Origin: an uncultured Pelagibacteraceae bacterium
GTDB lineage: Bacteria > Pseudomonadota > Alphaproteobacteria > Pelagibacterales > Pelagibacteraceae
Reading direction: 5' to 3'
Length of the DNA stretch: 59,017 nucleotides
Assembly (NCBI GenBank): GCA_902590125.1
Contig: CACIVL010000001.1
Coordinates: forward strand, 1 to 59,017
The notes below the pieces were generated by a model, which had not been told where the DNA came from, did not search any database, and saw only the letters and a program-made list of their open reading frames with translations. Positions 9,944 through 20,026 of the stretch are shown here, in pieces (positions within the stretch are counted from its first letter, which is position 1; each line of letters starts with the position of its first letter). The translations under genes were made by a program, and so were the position numbers.

Positions 9944-10978
9944 ATGAAAAAAATTTTAATTATTGGCGCTGGAGCTATGGGATCAGCCTTTACTGTTCCT
10001 TGTGTGGACAATAATAACGAAGTAACACTAGTTGGCACACATCTAGAAAATGAATTGATCGCATCAATTAAAAGAAATAAAAATTATCATCCTTCATTAA
10101 AAGTTAGTTTATCTTCAAAACTTAATATTGAAAGATTTGAAAACTTAAAAACTTTAATGGAAAAAGGAGCAGATATAATAGTTGCAGGAATAAGTTCAGT
10201 AGGAATAAAGTGGTTTGCTGAAGAAATTTCTAAATATTACAAAAAAAAACTTCCTATAGTTTTGTTAACAAAAGGTCTATCTGTAGAAAATGACGAGTTA
10301 ATTACTCTGTCAGAAAAAATAAAAGTATTATTAAAAGAAAAAGGACACAGTGATAATGAAATTAATATATCAGCAATTAAAGGACCTTGTTTGGCAACTG
10401 GTTTAGCAAACAAAATGAGAACAGGAACTGTAATAGCTAACCCAGATATAAAAGAAGCACAATTTTTAAAAAAAATTATTTCAACTAATTATTATTCGAC
10501 AGAACTTTCAACTGATCTTCAAGGTGTTGAATTATCAGGCGCAATTAAAAATATTTATTCAATGTTGATTGGGGCCGCTGAAGGTTTAAGTAACTCAAAA
10601 GCTCCAATTGAGATACAATCTAAATATTATTTAAATACTTCAGCATCATTAATACATAGATCAATTTCTGAAATGGCAGAGTTTGTGTCCTGTTATGGAG
10701 GAACTACAGAAACAGTTTATGGACTAGCTGGACTTGGAGATCTTTATGTCAGCGCTATCGGAGGAAGAAATAGTTTAATGGGAAAGTATCTTGGACAAGG
10801 ACATTTATATAAAGTTGCAAAAGAATTATACATGAAGAACATAACCGTAGAAGGTGCTGAACTTGCATTTGAAATAGGTCCAAAAATTTTTAAAGACCTT
10901 AAAGCAGAAAAATTTCCTTTAATGTTTAGTGTTTTAAAGTCTATATGTGAAAACAAAAAATTAGAAATTAATTGGTAA
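9944..10978 (+). CDS. gpsA: NAD(P)H-dependent glycerol-3-phosphate dehydrogenase
   Basis: GAGAMG Rossmann motif, LTKGL, GVELSGAIKNI, GLAGLGDL, GRN. Confidence 0.85.
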   Translation: MKKILIIGAGAMGSAFTVPCVDNNNEVTLVGTHLENELIASIKRNKNYHPSLKVSLSSKLNIERFENLKTLMEKGADIIVAGISSVGIKWFAEEISKYYKKKLPIVLLTKGLSVENDELITLSEKIKVLLKEKGHSDNEINISAIKGPCLATGLANKMRTGTVIANPDIKEAQFLKKIISTNYYSTELSTDLQGVELSGAIKNIYSMLIGAAEGLSNSKAPIEIQSKYYLNTSASLIHRSISEMAEFVSCYGGTTETVYGLAGLGDLYVSAIGGRNSLMGKYLGQGHLYKVAKELYMKNITVEGAELAFEIGPKIFKDLKAEKFPLMFSVLKSICENKKLEINW

Positions 10979-11137
10979 ATGAATACTAAAATTATAAATA
11001 TTGCTGGATGGATTTTATTTTTGATCTCTGCAATTGGTTTTATTATGGCTAGCCTTGGTAATTTTTGGGCTATGTTTGGAAGTCTTTTCTTTTTAGCTGG
11101 CTGTGTAGTTTTTTTGATACCTTATTTTTTTGACTGA
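10979..11137 (+). CDS. Small two-helix membrane protein, 52 aa (missing from the ORF track)
   Basis: ATG directly after the gpsA stop; MNTKIINIAGWILFLISAIGFIMASLGNFWAMFGSLFFLAGCVVFLIPYFFD; TGA at 11135-11137. Confidence 0.7.
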   Translation: MNTKIINIAGWILFLISAIGFIMASLGNFWAMFGSLFFLAGCVVFLIPYFFD

Positions 11138-12462
11138 TTTAAAAATGTTTTTGAAGAATCATCCATTGCTGATGCCCATGGAGTATGATGAATTGGAGCA
11201 ACTGAACCAGTAACAGGAGATGAAAAAGATTTATTTCTATAAGTCATAATGTCTTCCATTTTGTGGTGTTCCCATTCTTTAAAATGCTTTCTTATTAATT
11301 CAAAATCAATTTTTGGATAATCAGACAAATCATGAAGTTCTTTTGTATATTCCGTTTGAAAGTCTATCATTTGATCTGGATTTTCTAATTTTTCTTCCAT
11401 TGCTACCCATTTGTTTATATCTTTTTCTATTTCCGAGTCATTTGGAATTTTAATCTTGTTCATTATCACATCTCTCGCAAACCATGCCTGGCAATCAAAC
11501 ATATTAAATGTATGAAATTGATCTTGCATACCCAAGTAAAGTAAATTGTGATTATTTTGCCATACAACACCTTTATATAGTTTTGGTGGATACAATCTAT
11601 TTCTAGTTTTTAATTTAAGATCTTCAGTTAAAAAAGGAAAATGATGAAGATAACCACAACACAAAATTATCGCATCAGCTTCTTGTTTATGACCATCTTT
11701 GAAAATTGCTTTGTTCCCATCTATCCTATCTAAATAATGCACTTCTTTTACTCCAATAGGCCATTTAAAACCCATTGGGTTATGTCTGTAACCAATAGTT
11801 ACACTTTTTGCACCGTACTTATGACATTGAAGAGCTATATCTTCAGCAGAATAACTACTTCCTAAAACAATAACATTTTTACCTCTGAATTCCTCTGCAT
11901 CTCTAAAATCATGTGAGTGTAATATTCTTCCTGGAAAAGATTTCATTCCAGCATATTCTGGAATGAATGGAACAGAGAAATGACCAGTTGATATAACTAC
12001 ATAATCAAAATTTTCTTTTAAATTCTTATCATTTTTTTTATCACGTGAAGTTACTTCAAAATTTTTTCCATTATAAGTTACATTAGTTACACTATTATTA
12101 AATCTTACTTTATTTTTTATATTTCCTTTTTTAACTCTGCCAAGTATGTAATCATATAAGACTTCTCTTGGTGGAAATGATGGAATAGGTTTTCCAAAAT
12201 GTTCGTCAAATGAATAATCAGCAAATTCTAAGCATTCTTTAGGTCCATTTGACCAAAGGTATCTATACATACTATTAGGAACGGAATCTCCATATTGATC
12301 AGATCCAGTTCTCCAGCTGTAATTCCACAATCCTCCCCAATCTTCTTGTTTTTCAAAACAAACTATTTCAGGTATTTTTTCGCCTTTTTTTTCAGCTTGT
12401 TCAAAAGATCTCAACATTGATAAGCCGCACGGTCCTGTTCCAATAATTGCTACTTTTGTCAT
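11122..12462 (-). CDS. tmm: Trimethylamine monooxygenase (bacterial flavin-containing monooxygenase)
   Basis: GTGPCG FAD motif, WGGLWNY, YLWSNGPKE, FMO fingerprint FPGRILHSHDFR, GSSYSAED. Confidence 0.92.
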   Translation of the reverse strand: MTKVAIIGTGPCGLSMLRSFEQAEKKGEKIPEIVCFEKQEDWGGLWNYSWRTGSDQYGDSVPNSMYRYLWSNGPKECLEFADYSFDEHFGKPIPSFPPREVLYDYILGRVKKGNIKNKVRFNNSVTNVTYNGKNFEVTSRDKKNDKNLKENFDYVVISTGHFSVPFIPEYAGMKSFPGRILHSHDFRDAEEFRGKNVIVLGSSYSAEDIALQCHKYGAKSVTIGYRHNPMGFKWPIGVKEVHYLDRIDGNKAIFKDGHKQEADAIILCCGYLHHFPFLTEDLKLKTRNRLYPPKLYKGVVWQNNHNLLYLGMQDQFHTFNMFDCQAWFARDVIMNKIKIPNDSEIEKDINKWVAMEEKLENPDQMIDFQTEYTKELHDLSDYPKIDFELIRKHFKEWEHHKMEDIMTYRNKSFSSPVTGSVAPIHHTPWASAMDDSSKTFLNQSKK

Positions 12463-12539
12463 TGATATATTTTCAAATAAAATAAATTTATAAATGTTTT
12501 ATACTAACAAAATGGTAAAAATTGAAATAATATTTTATT

Positions 12540-13697
12540 ATGAAAATTAATTGGAATTATCCCACTTCTGTATGGGTAGGTGAAAATAGAATTAATGATT
12601 TATTTATAGGCTGTGAAACATTAAAGATTAAGAAACCACTATTTGTTACAGATAAAGATCTTGTTGATCTACCTATGGTAAAAAATATTGTTTCAAAATT
12701 TAAGCAAAGTTTTGAAAAAGTACCAATTTTTTCCAATTTTTCAGGAAACCCAAATGGAGAAAATGTAGAAGAAGGCGTTCTAGTATTTAAAAAAAATAAA
12801 TGCGATGGCGTTATAGCTTTTGGTGGAGGTAGCGGCCTAGATGTTGGCAAAGCTATAGCATTTATGTCAGGCCAATCCAGACCTATATGGGATTTTGAAG
12901 ACATCGGCGACTATTGGAAAAGAGCTGATTCTAATAAAATAGCTCCAATCATAGCTGTTCCAACAACAGCAGGAACAGGATCCGAAACAGGTAGGGCGAC
13001 AGTAATAGTCAACAAAAAAACAGGAATAAAAAAAATTATTTTTCATCCAAAAATTTTACCTTCAGTAGTAATAATTGACCCTTGTTTAACTATTGATCTT
13101 TCCCCAAGATTAACTGCGGCAACTGGTATGGATGCTTTAGCACATAACTTAGAAGCGTTTTGCGCTCCTGGGTTTCATCCAATGGCAGACGGAATTGCTC
13201 TTGAAGGTATGAGATTAATTAAAAAATCATTATTAACTGCAGTTAATGATGGAAAAAATATCACCGCAAGATTAGATATGATGGTAGCAGCCAGCATGGG
13301 ATCAACCGCATTTCAAAAAGGATTGGGAGCAATACATTCTTTAAGCCATCCTATAAATGCACAATTTAATATTCATCATGGATTATCAAATGCAATTTTC
13401 ATGCCTTATGTTTTAACATTTAATAAAGAAGATATTGAAAAAAAAATTGTTTTAATTTGTAACTATTTAAACTTAGAAAAAAATTTTGATAGCTTTATTG
13501 ATTGGATTATGAAGTTAAGAAAAGATTTAAAAATTCCTCATAAATTATCGGAAGTACTAGATGAAAAAAAATTTGATCTAAATAAATTTTCTCAAATGGC
13601 ACTTGAAGATCCTTCAACAGGAACAAATCCAAAAAAACTATCTAAGTCAGATATGAAAATAATGTATGAACACAGCCTGCTTGGCAAGTTATTTTAA
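12540..13697 (+). CDS. Iron-containing alcohol dehydrogenase
   Basis: GGGSGLDVGK, PTTAGTGSE, DALAH, HSLSH and HHGL metal ligands. Confidence 0.9.
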   Translation: MKINWNYPTSVWVGENRINDLFIGCETLKIKKPLFVTDKDLVDLPMVKNIVSKFKQSFEKVPIFSNFSGNPNGENVEEGVLVFKKNKCDGVIAFGGGSGLDVGKAIAFMSGQSRPIWDFEDIGDYWKRADSNKIAPIIAVPTTAGTGSETGRATVIVNKKTGIKKIIFHPKILPSVVIIDPCLTIDLSPRLTAATGMDALAHNLEAFCAPGFHPMADGIALEGMRLIKKSLLTAVNDGKNITARLDMMVAASMGSTAFQKGLGAIHSLSHPINAQFNIHHGLSNAIFMPYVLTFNKEDIEKKIVLICNYLNLEKNFDSFIDWIMKLRKDLKIPHKLSEVLDEKKFDLNKFSQMALEDPSTGTNPKKLSKSDMKIMYEHSLLGKLF

Positions 13698-13698
13698 A

Positions 13699-14493
13699 AT
13701 GAAACGTTTAAAAGTTCTAATTGTTGAAGGGAATACCCATGAAGAAAACTTAAAATTCCAAAAATTGTCAAATCAGCCACAGTCTTTTAATTTTAAAGAT
13801 AATATTAAAAAATACTATCCAGATACAGAAATAGATATTGTTAATCCTTCTACAAAAAATGAAACAGAAAAATTTGTTCCACAATTAAACAAATATGATG
13901 GAATAATTTGGGGAGGTAGCACAATGAATATTTATGACAATACAATTGAAATCAAAAGACAAATTGATTTTGCAAAAAAAATTTTTGAATTTAAAAAAAA
14001 AATTTTAGCTATTTGTTGGGGGCTTCAGCTCATTGCCACTGCATCTGGTGGTGAAGTTAAAAAATCTAATACCGGAACACAAGTTGGTATTGCAGTTGAT
14101 ATTGAACTAACCTCTGATGGCTTGAAACATCCTATATATGCATCTAAATTAAAAAAATTTACAACACCTGCATTTAATTTTGATGAAGTAGTTAAACCTC
14201 CTGAAAATTCTGTTCATTTAGCATTTAATAAAACTAATAAAATTCAAGGATTAGCATTTAAGTCGGGCAAATGTGATATTTGGGGATTGCAATATCATCC
14301 TGAAATTCATTACGATTATATGATTAGATTAATTAATGATCGAAGAAAAAAATTGATCAAAAAAGAATGTTTTAAAAATGATGAAGAGATTGATCATCAT
14401 ATTAATTTTATAAAAAAAGAAAGAGATATTTTGGATGATGAATTTAGATTGCTTGAAATAAAAAATTGGTTAAAAAGCTTAAATGGAAATTAG
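13699..14493 (+). CDS. Class I glutamine amidotransferase-like protein
   Basis: AICWGLQ nucleophile and QYHPE; likely start is the ATG at 13699 (MKRLKVLIVEGN), 1 bp after the ADH stop. Confidence 0.85.
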   Translation: MKRLKVLIVEGNTHEENLKFQKLSNQPQSFNFKDNIKKYYPDTEIDIVNPSTKNETEKFVPQLNKYDGIIWGGSTMNIYDNTIEIKRQIDFAKKIFEFKKKILAICWGLQLIATASGGEVKKSNTGTQVGIAVDIELTSDGLKHPIYASKLKKFTTPAFNFDEVVKPPENSVHLAFNKTNKIQGLAFKSGKCDIWGLQYHPEIHYDYMIRLINDRRKKLIKKECFKNDEEIDHHINFIKKERDILDDEFRLLEIKNWLKSLNGN

Positions 14494-15745
14494 TTCAAAG
14501 GATCAAATAGTAAATTATTTTGTAAATGGTGTAAAAAAAAACCTTTTAATAGGGGTAGAAAATGAGAAATTTTTATTTCAAGAAAAAAATAATTTCAGAG
14601 CCAATTATTTAGATATAAAAAAAGTTTTAGAAATATTTAAAAAAAAACATCAATGGAATGAGATAAAAGAGAATGAAAATATTATAGGTCTAAAAATTGG
14701 TGGAAAATCAATATCTCTAGAACCAGGAAATCAAATTGAATTATCTGGAGCCAAACTATCGAATATTCATGAAGTATGTTCTGAATCGCACGATTTTCAA
14801 AATAAACTTGATAAAATTTGTAAAGAGATTGGATTTAAAACTGTTTCTATTGGTTATGATCCGGTCACAAAGTTAAGTGATGCTCCAAATAATCCTAAAG
14901 AAAGATACAAATTGATGACCGAAGAAATGCCCAAAAAAGGAAAGTTAAGCTTAAATATGATGTACCAAACATCTGGCACACAAATTAATTTAGATTATTT
15001 ATCTGAAAGCGACTTTAAAAAAAAATTTAAAATAATTTCTTATTTAACTCCAATATCTATAGCTATTTTTGCAAACTCAGCAATATTAGAGAATAAACCT
15101 AGTGGATATTTATCATACAGATCTAAAGTGTGGCAAAGTACATCTAGAGGTGGTTTACCAAAAATATTTTTAGAGGATATGGATTTTGAAAAGTATGCAG
15201 ATTTTGTAATTAATTATCCATTACTTTTTATTTATAAAAACAAAATACACAAAAAATCTAATAACAAAACTTTCGGTGATTTTATGAAAGGAAAATTATC
15301 AGAAGCTAATAATGAATTGCCAAGCACTAAAGATTTAGAGTTGCACCTTAGTACTATTTTTACTGAAGTGAGACTAAAAAAATATATTGAAATGAGGTCA
15401 TTAGATGCTTGTGAATGGGACTGCCATTGTGCTGGGCCAGCATTTTATACAGGACTTATTTATGGAAAATTAGATGAAATTTTAGATTTAATTAAAGATT
15501 GGAAAAGTGAAGATGTATTAAAAGCATATATAGACGCTCCAAAGAAGGGTCTAGCAACAGAAATAAAGAACAAATCAATTTTAGAATGGGGAAAAATATT
15601 TTTAAATTTATCCAGCAAAGGATTACAAGATCGTAATTTTGAAAACAAAGATGGCAAAAATGAAACCATATTTTTAAAAAATGTAGAACAAATTTTACAA
15701 CAAAATAAAACTAAAGCAGAAAAAACACTAGAAAATTTAAATTAA
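14483..15745 (+). CDS. gshA: Glutamate--cysteine ligase (alphaproteobacterial/plant type)
   Basis: IGVENEKF, ISLEPGNQIELSG, HLSTIFTEVRLKKYIEMRSLD. Confidence 0.9.
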   Translation: MEISSKDQIVNYFVNGVKKNLLIGVENEKFLFQEKNNFRANYLDIKKVLEIFKKKHQWNEIKENENIIGLKIGGKSISLEPGNQIELSGAKLSNIHEVCSESHDFQNKLDKICKEIGFKTVSIGYDPVTKLSDAPNNPKERYKLMTEEMPKKGKLSLNMMYQTSGTQINLDYLSESDFKKKFKIISYLTPISIAIFANSAILENKPSGYLSYRSKVWQSTSRGGLPKIFLEDMDFEKYADFVINYPLLFIYKNKIHKKSNNKTFGDFMKGKLSEANNELPSTKDLELHLSTIFTEVRLKKYIEMRSLDACEWDCHCAGPAFYTGLIYGKLDEILDLIKDWKSEDVLKAYIDAPKKGLATEIKNKSILEWGKIFLNLSSKGLQDRNFENKDGKNETIFLKNVEQILQQNKTKAEKTLENLN

Positions 15746-15750
15746 AAAAA

Positions 15751-16689
15751 ATGAGTATTAAAAAAATTATTGCAATTCAAGGAGACTCCATAAAGAAAAT
15801 AAATATTAAAACAGATACAACCTTTTTGCTTGCCTTAGAGGCTCAAAAAAGAGGTTATAAGATTTATTGGTACGAAACAAAAGATCTTAATTTTATAAGT
15901 TCAAAACTTTTTATTTCTGCCACTGAAGTAAAATTTTATGAAAATAAAAAAAAATACTTCAAGATAATAAAAAAGAATAAATTTGATTTATCAAAAGCAA
16001 AGTATGTATTAATTAGACAGAACCCACCTTTTAATATGGATTATGTAACTTCAACTTTATTATTAGATGCAATTAAATATAAAACAACAATAATAAATGA
16101 TCCAACATCAGTCAGAAATATTTCTGAAAAATTATTTTCTATAAATTTTCTTAAATTTATGCCTCAAACTATTTTTACAAAAAATATTAAAGAAATTATT
16201 AATTTTAAAAAAAAATACAAAAAAATAGTTCTTAAACCAGTACATGGTTATGCTGGTAAAGATATTTTATTTTTAAATGATAAATTTAATTTAAAAAAAA
16301 TTAAAAAATATTTAAACAAAATTAATCATGTGATGGCTCAAAAATTTTTGTCTGGAGTTAAAAAAGGAGATAAAAGAGTATTCATTATTAATGGAAGAGT
16401 TAAAGGAGTTATAAAAAGAATACCTTCTAAAAATTCAATATTATCAAATTTGTCTCAAGGTGGTAAAGCTTTTAAAACAACCTTAAATTCAAAAGAATTA
16501 AAAATTTCAAATTATGTAGCTAAAAAATTGAAACAACAAAACATTTTTTTTGCAGGAATTGATTTGGTTTCAAATTATTTAATTGGTGATATCAATGTAA
16601 CTTCACCAACAGGTTTAAAAAATCATTATGATTTAACAGGCGTTAATTTAGCAGTGGATTTTTGGGATACTTTAGAAAAATTAAAATAA
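15751..16689 (+). CDS. gshB: Glutathione synthetase
   Basis: [37 protein letters not shown]. Confidence 0.92.
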   Translation: MSIKKIIAIQGDSIKKINIKTDTTFLLALEAQKRGYKIYWYETKDLNFISSKLFISATEVKFYENKKKYFKIIKKNKFDLSKAKYVLIRQNPPFNMDYVTSTLLLDAIKYKTTIINDPTSVRNISEKLFSINFLKFMPQTIFTKNIKEIINFKKKYKKIVLKPVHGYAGKDILFLNDKFNLKKIKKYLNKINHVMAQKFLSGVKKGDKRVFIINGRVKGVIKRIPSKNSILSNLSQGGKAFKTTLNSKELKISNYVAKKLKQQNIFFAGIDLVSNYLIGDINVTSPTGLKNHYDLTGVNLAVDFWDTLEKLK

Positions 16690-18366
16690 ACCTTCAGTTT
16701 CACCTTTAGAATTTAATTTAATTGAGTCTGCGGCTGGTACTCTTGGAAGCCCTGGCATAGTCATTATTGCACCACAGATTACAACAATAAACTCAGCTCC
16801 TGAGGAAAGTCTAACTTCTCTTACTTGCAAAACATGTCCTGTTGGAGCGCCCTTTAAACTTGGGTCTGTGGAGAAACTATACTGTGTTTTTGCTACACAT
16901 ATTGGAAGTTCTCCGTAACCATTTTCTTGAAAATTTTTTAGTTGTTCTCGTACTTTTGTATCTGCCACAACTTCACTTGCGTTATAAATTTCTTTAGCAA
17001 TAGTTTCAATTTTTTTAAACAATGGAGCTTTATCTTCATATAAAAATTTAAATTTATTTTCTCCTTTCTCACACAATTCAACAACATCTTTGGCAAGCTC
17101 TTTTGTTCCTTCTCCTCCATTTGACCAATGAGTACAAAGTGTTGCTTTAACTTTAAGTGTTTTGCAGTAATCAATTAAAGCATTTACCTCTTTATCGGTA
17201 TCAGTAATGAAATGATTTACAGCAACCGCAACAGGTAGACCAAATTTTCTTATATTAACAATATGTCTTTCTAAATTTACTAAACCTTTTTTTAAAGCTT
17301 CTACATTTTCTTTTTTAAGTTCGTCTTTTGATATTCCTCCATGCATTTTTAATGCTCTAATTGTTGCAACAATTACTACACAGTCTGGTTTCAATCCTGA
17401 CTTTCTGCATTTTATATCTAAAAATTTTTCTGCACCAAGATCGGCGCCAAATCCTGCTTCTGTAACAACATAATCAGCTAATTTTAATCCTGTTTTTGTA
17501 GCAATAACCGAGTTACACCCATGTGCAATATTTGCAAAAGGACCACCATGGATAATTGCAGGATTATTTTCTAAAGTCTGTGTAATGTTAGGTCTCATTG
17601 CATCTTTTAAAAGAACAGTCATTGGTCCTTGAGCATTTAAATCTTTTGCATAAATTGGTTTTTTTTCTCTTGTGTAACCAATTGTAATATTTCCAATTCT
17701 TTTCTCTAAATCTTTTAAATCATTAGATAAGCAAAAAATTGCCATGATTTCTGATGCTACTGTAATATCAAATCCATCTTCTCTTGGATATCCATTTGCG
17801 ACACCACCTAAGTTAATGTTAATTGATCTTAATGAACGATCATTCATATCCATTACTCTCTTCCAAACAACTCTTCTTACGTCAATATTTAATTTATTAC
17901 CCCAATAAATATGATTATCAATTAGAGCAGATAAAAGATTATGAGCTGAAGTAATTGCGTGAAAATCTCCTGTGAAATGTAAATTGATTTGTTCCATTGG
18001 AACTACTTGCGCATATCCTCCACCAGCAGCACCACCTTTCATTCCAAATGATGGTCCTAGACTTGGCTCTCTAAGACAAACGATTGATTTTTTTCCTATT
18101 TTATTTAAACCATCAGTTAATCCAACTGATGTTGTGGTTTTACCTTCACCAGCAGGCGTAGGTGTGATGGCGGTAACTAAAATTAGTTTACCGTCTTTTT
18201 TACTTTTTAACTTTTCTAAATATTCAAGTTTAATTTTTGCAATATATCTGCTTATTGGACTATAAACTTCAGCTTTGTCAGGCACATCAACACCATCAAG
18301 GATTTCCTTGATTGGTTTCATCTTTGCAGCTCTAGCTATTTCAATATCAGATTTTACTGCACTCAT
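16681..18366 (-). CDS. fhs: Formate--tetrahydrofolate ligase
   Basis: [48 protein letters not shown]. Confidence 0.97.
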   Translation of the reverse strand: MSAVKSDIEIARAAKMKPIKEILDGVDVPDKAEVYSPISRYIAKIKLEYLEKLKSKKDGKLILVTAITPTPAGEGKTTTSVGLTDGLNKIGKKSIVCLREPSLGPSFGMKGGAAGGGYAQVVPMEQINLHFTGDFHAITSAHNLLSALIDNHIYWGNKLNIDVRRVVWKRVMDMNDRSLRSININLGGVANGYPREDGFDITVASEIMAIFCLSNDLKDLEKRIGNITIGYTREKKPIYAKDLNAQGPMTVLLKDAMRPNITQTLENNPAIIHGGPFANIAHGCNSVIATKTGLKLADYVVTEAGFGADLGAEKFLDIKCRKSGLKPDCVVIVATIRALKMHGGISKDELKKENVEALKKGLVNLERHIVNIRKFGLPVAVAVNHFITDTDKEVNALIDYCKTLKVKATLCTHWSNGGEGTKELAKDVVELCEKGENKFKFLYEDKAPLFKKIETIAKEIYNASEVVADTKVREQLKNFQENGYGELPICVAKTQYSFSTDPSLKGAPTGHVLQVREVRLSSGAEFIVVICGAIMTMPGLPRVPAADSIKLNSKGETEGLF

Positions 18367-18501
18367 TTTAACACCTTATATATATTTAAACTTATTTTAG
18401 GTTGCTGGATTAATATCCTTTTTTATCAATTTTTTAAAGATCTAAAAAATATATATAAAAAAAATAAGAACTATTTATACTGGTTATTGTAAAATTAATT
18501 T

Positions 18502-19758
18502 ATGCAAAAGTATTCGGTATTTAGTTTAATCAAAAACGCACTTAAAGGCCATAAAGATTGGGAAGTAGCATGGAGAAACCCAACTCCCAAAGCTGAATAC
18601 GATGTAATAATTATTGGAGGAGGAGGCCATGGTTTAGCCACTGCTTACTATCTAGCTAAAGAACATAATATTACAAATGTTGCTATTGTTGAAAAAGGAT
18701 GGATAGGAGGAGGAAATGTTGGAAGAAACACAACAATTCTTAGATCAAATTATATGCATGATCAAAATGGATTATTTTACGAAAAAGGAATGGATTTGTG
18801 GAAAAGCATGAGTCAAGATTTAAATTTTAACGTAATGTATTCCCCAAGAGGAATAATTAATCTTGCACATTCAGATGCACAAATGAATGCATACTCTAGA
18901 AGAGGAAACTCTATGAGATTAAATGGCATTGATGCAGTGCTTTTGGGAAGAGAAGAAGTACAAAAAATAGTTCCAATGCTTGATTTTTCTGAAAATGTTA
19001 GATTTCCAATATTTGGTGCTTTAATGCAGCCTAGCGGGGGAACTGCAAGACATGACGCTGTAGCTTGGGGTTATGCGCGCCAAGCAGACTCAATGGGAGT
19101 TGATATTATTCAGCACTGCGAGGTAACAGGCTTTGATGTAGTTAATGGAAAAATAAAAGGAATAAAAACATCAAAAGGAGATATCAAAGCAAAAAAAGTA
19201 GGTTTATGCGTAGCAGGAAGCACATCAGTGCTTGCAGAAATGTTAAACATGACATTACCTATTGAAACTCATTTACTACAAGCTTGTGTTTCAGAGCCAA
19301 TTAAACCTATATTAGATCATGTTGTTACTTTTGGCGCAGGACATTTTTATTGCAGTCAGTCAGATAAAGGAGAAATGGTAATGGGTGGAGATCTAGATGG
19401 TTATAATAGTTATGCACAAAGAGGAAATTTACCTACATTACAACATGTTTTAACCGAAGGAATTGCTATGTTTCCATTTCTTAGCAAATTAAAAATGTTA
19501 AGAACCTGGGGTGGAATTATGGATATGTCAATGGACGGATCTCCAATTATCGACAAAACACATATTGAAGGTTTATATTTGAATTGTGGATGGTGTTACG
19601 GAGGTTTTAAAGCAACTCCAGTATCAGGGTGGACTTTTGCACACACAATAGCTCAAGACAGAGTTCATGAATTAAATGCAGGCTATAATTTAAATAGATT
19701 TAGTACAGGCCATTTGATTGATGAAAAAGGTCTTGGAACAAAAACTTGGATATCATAA
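18502..19758 (+). CDS. soxB: Heterotetrameric sarcosine oxidase-family beta subunit (MgdA-like)
   Basis: GGGGHGLATAYYLAK, GRNTTILRSNY, ARHDAVAWGY, GWCYGGFKATP. Confidence 0.9.
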   Translation: MQKYSVFSLIKNALKGHKDWEVAWRNPTPKAEYDVIIIGGGGHGLATAYYLAKEHNITNVAIVEKGWIGGGNVGRNTTILRSNYMHDQNGLFYEKGMDLWKSMSQDLNFNVMYSPRGIINLAHSDAQMNAYSRRGNSMRLNGIDAVLLGREEVQKIVPMLDFSENVRFPIFGALMQPSGGTARHDAVAWGYARQADSMGVDIIQHCEVTGFDVVNGKIKGIKTSKGDIKAKKVGLCVAGSTSVLAEMLNMTLPIETHLLQACVSEPIKPILDHVVTFGAGHFYCSQSDKGEMVMGGDLDGYNSYAQRGNLPTLQHVLTEGIAMFPFLSKLKMLRTWGGIMDMSMDGSPIIDKTHIEGLYLNCGWCYGGFKATPVSGWTFAHTIAQDRVHELNAGYNLNRFSTGHLIDEKGLGTKTWIS

Positions 19759-20025
19759 ATGTTACATATTAAATGTCCTTACTGTGGCACAAGATCGCAA
19801 AATGAATTTGCATATGGAGGAGACGCAACAATTAAGAGACCTGAATTAAACAAAGAAGTTTCTGATAAAGAATGGGATACTTTTGTTTATTTTAGAAAAA
19901 GCCCAAGAGGAAAACATCTAGAATTTTGGCATCACATTTCAGGATGCAGACAATGGTTTAAAGTTCAGAGAGATACTACAACCCATGAAATATTTAAAAC
20001 ATTAAAACCTAACGAAGATATTTAG
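19759..20025 (+). CDS. soxD: Sarcosine oxidase-family delta subunit
   Basis: CPYCG..EFAYGG..WHHISGCRQW Zn motif. Confidence 0.92.
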   Translation: MLHIKCPYCGTRSQNEFAYGGDATIKRPELNKEVSDKEWDTFVYFRKSPRGKHLEFWHHISGCRQWFKVQRDTTTHEIFKTLKPNEDI

Positions 20026-20026
20026 T

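Noticed and set aside
13666-13698. Extended starts for the GATase (13666), TSUP (38808) and coxG (39526)
   Set aside because: Downstream ATGs at 13699, 38760 and 39541 match the family N-termini and avoid overlap or crowding with neighbours.
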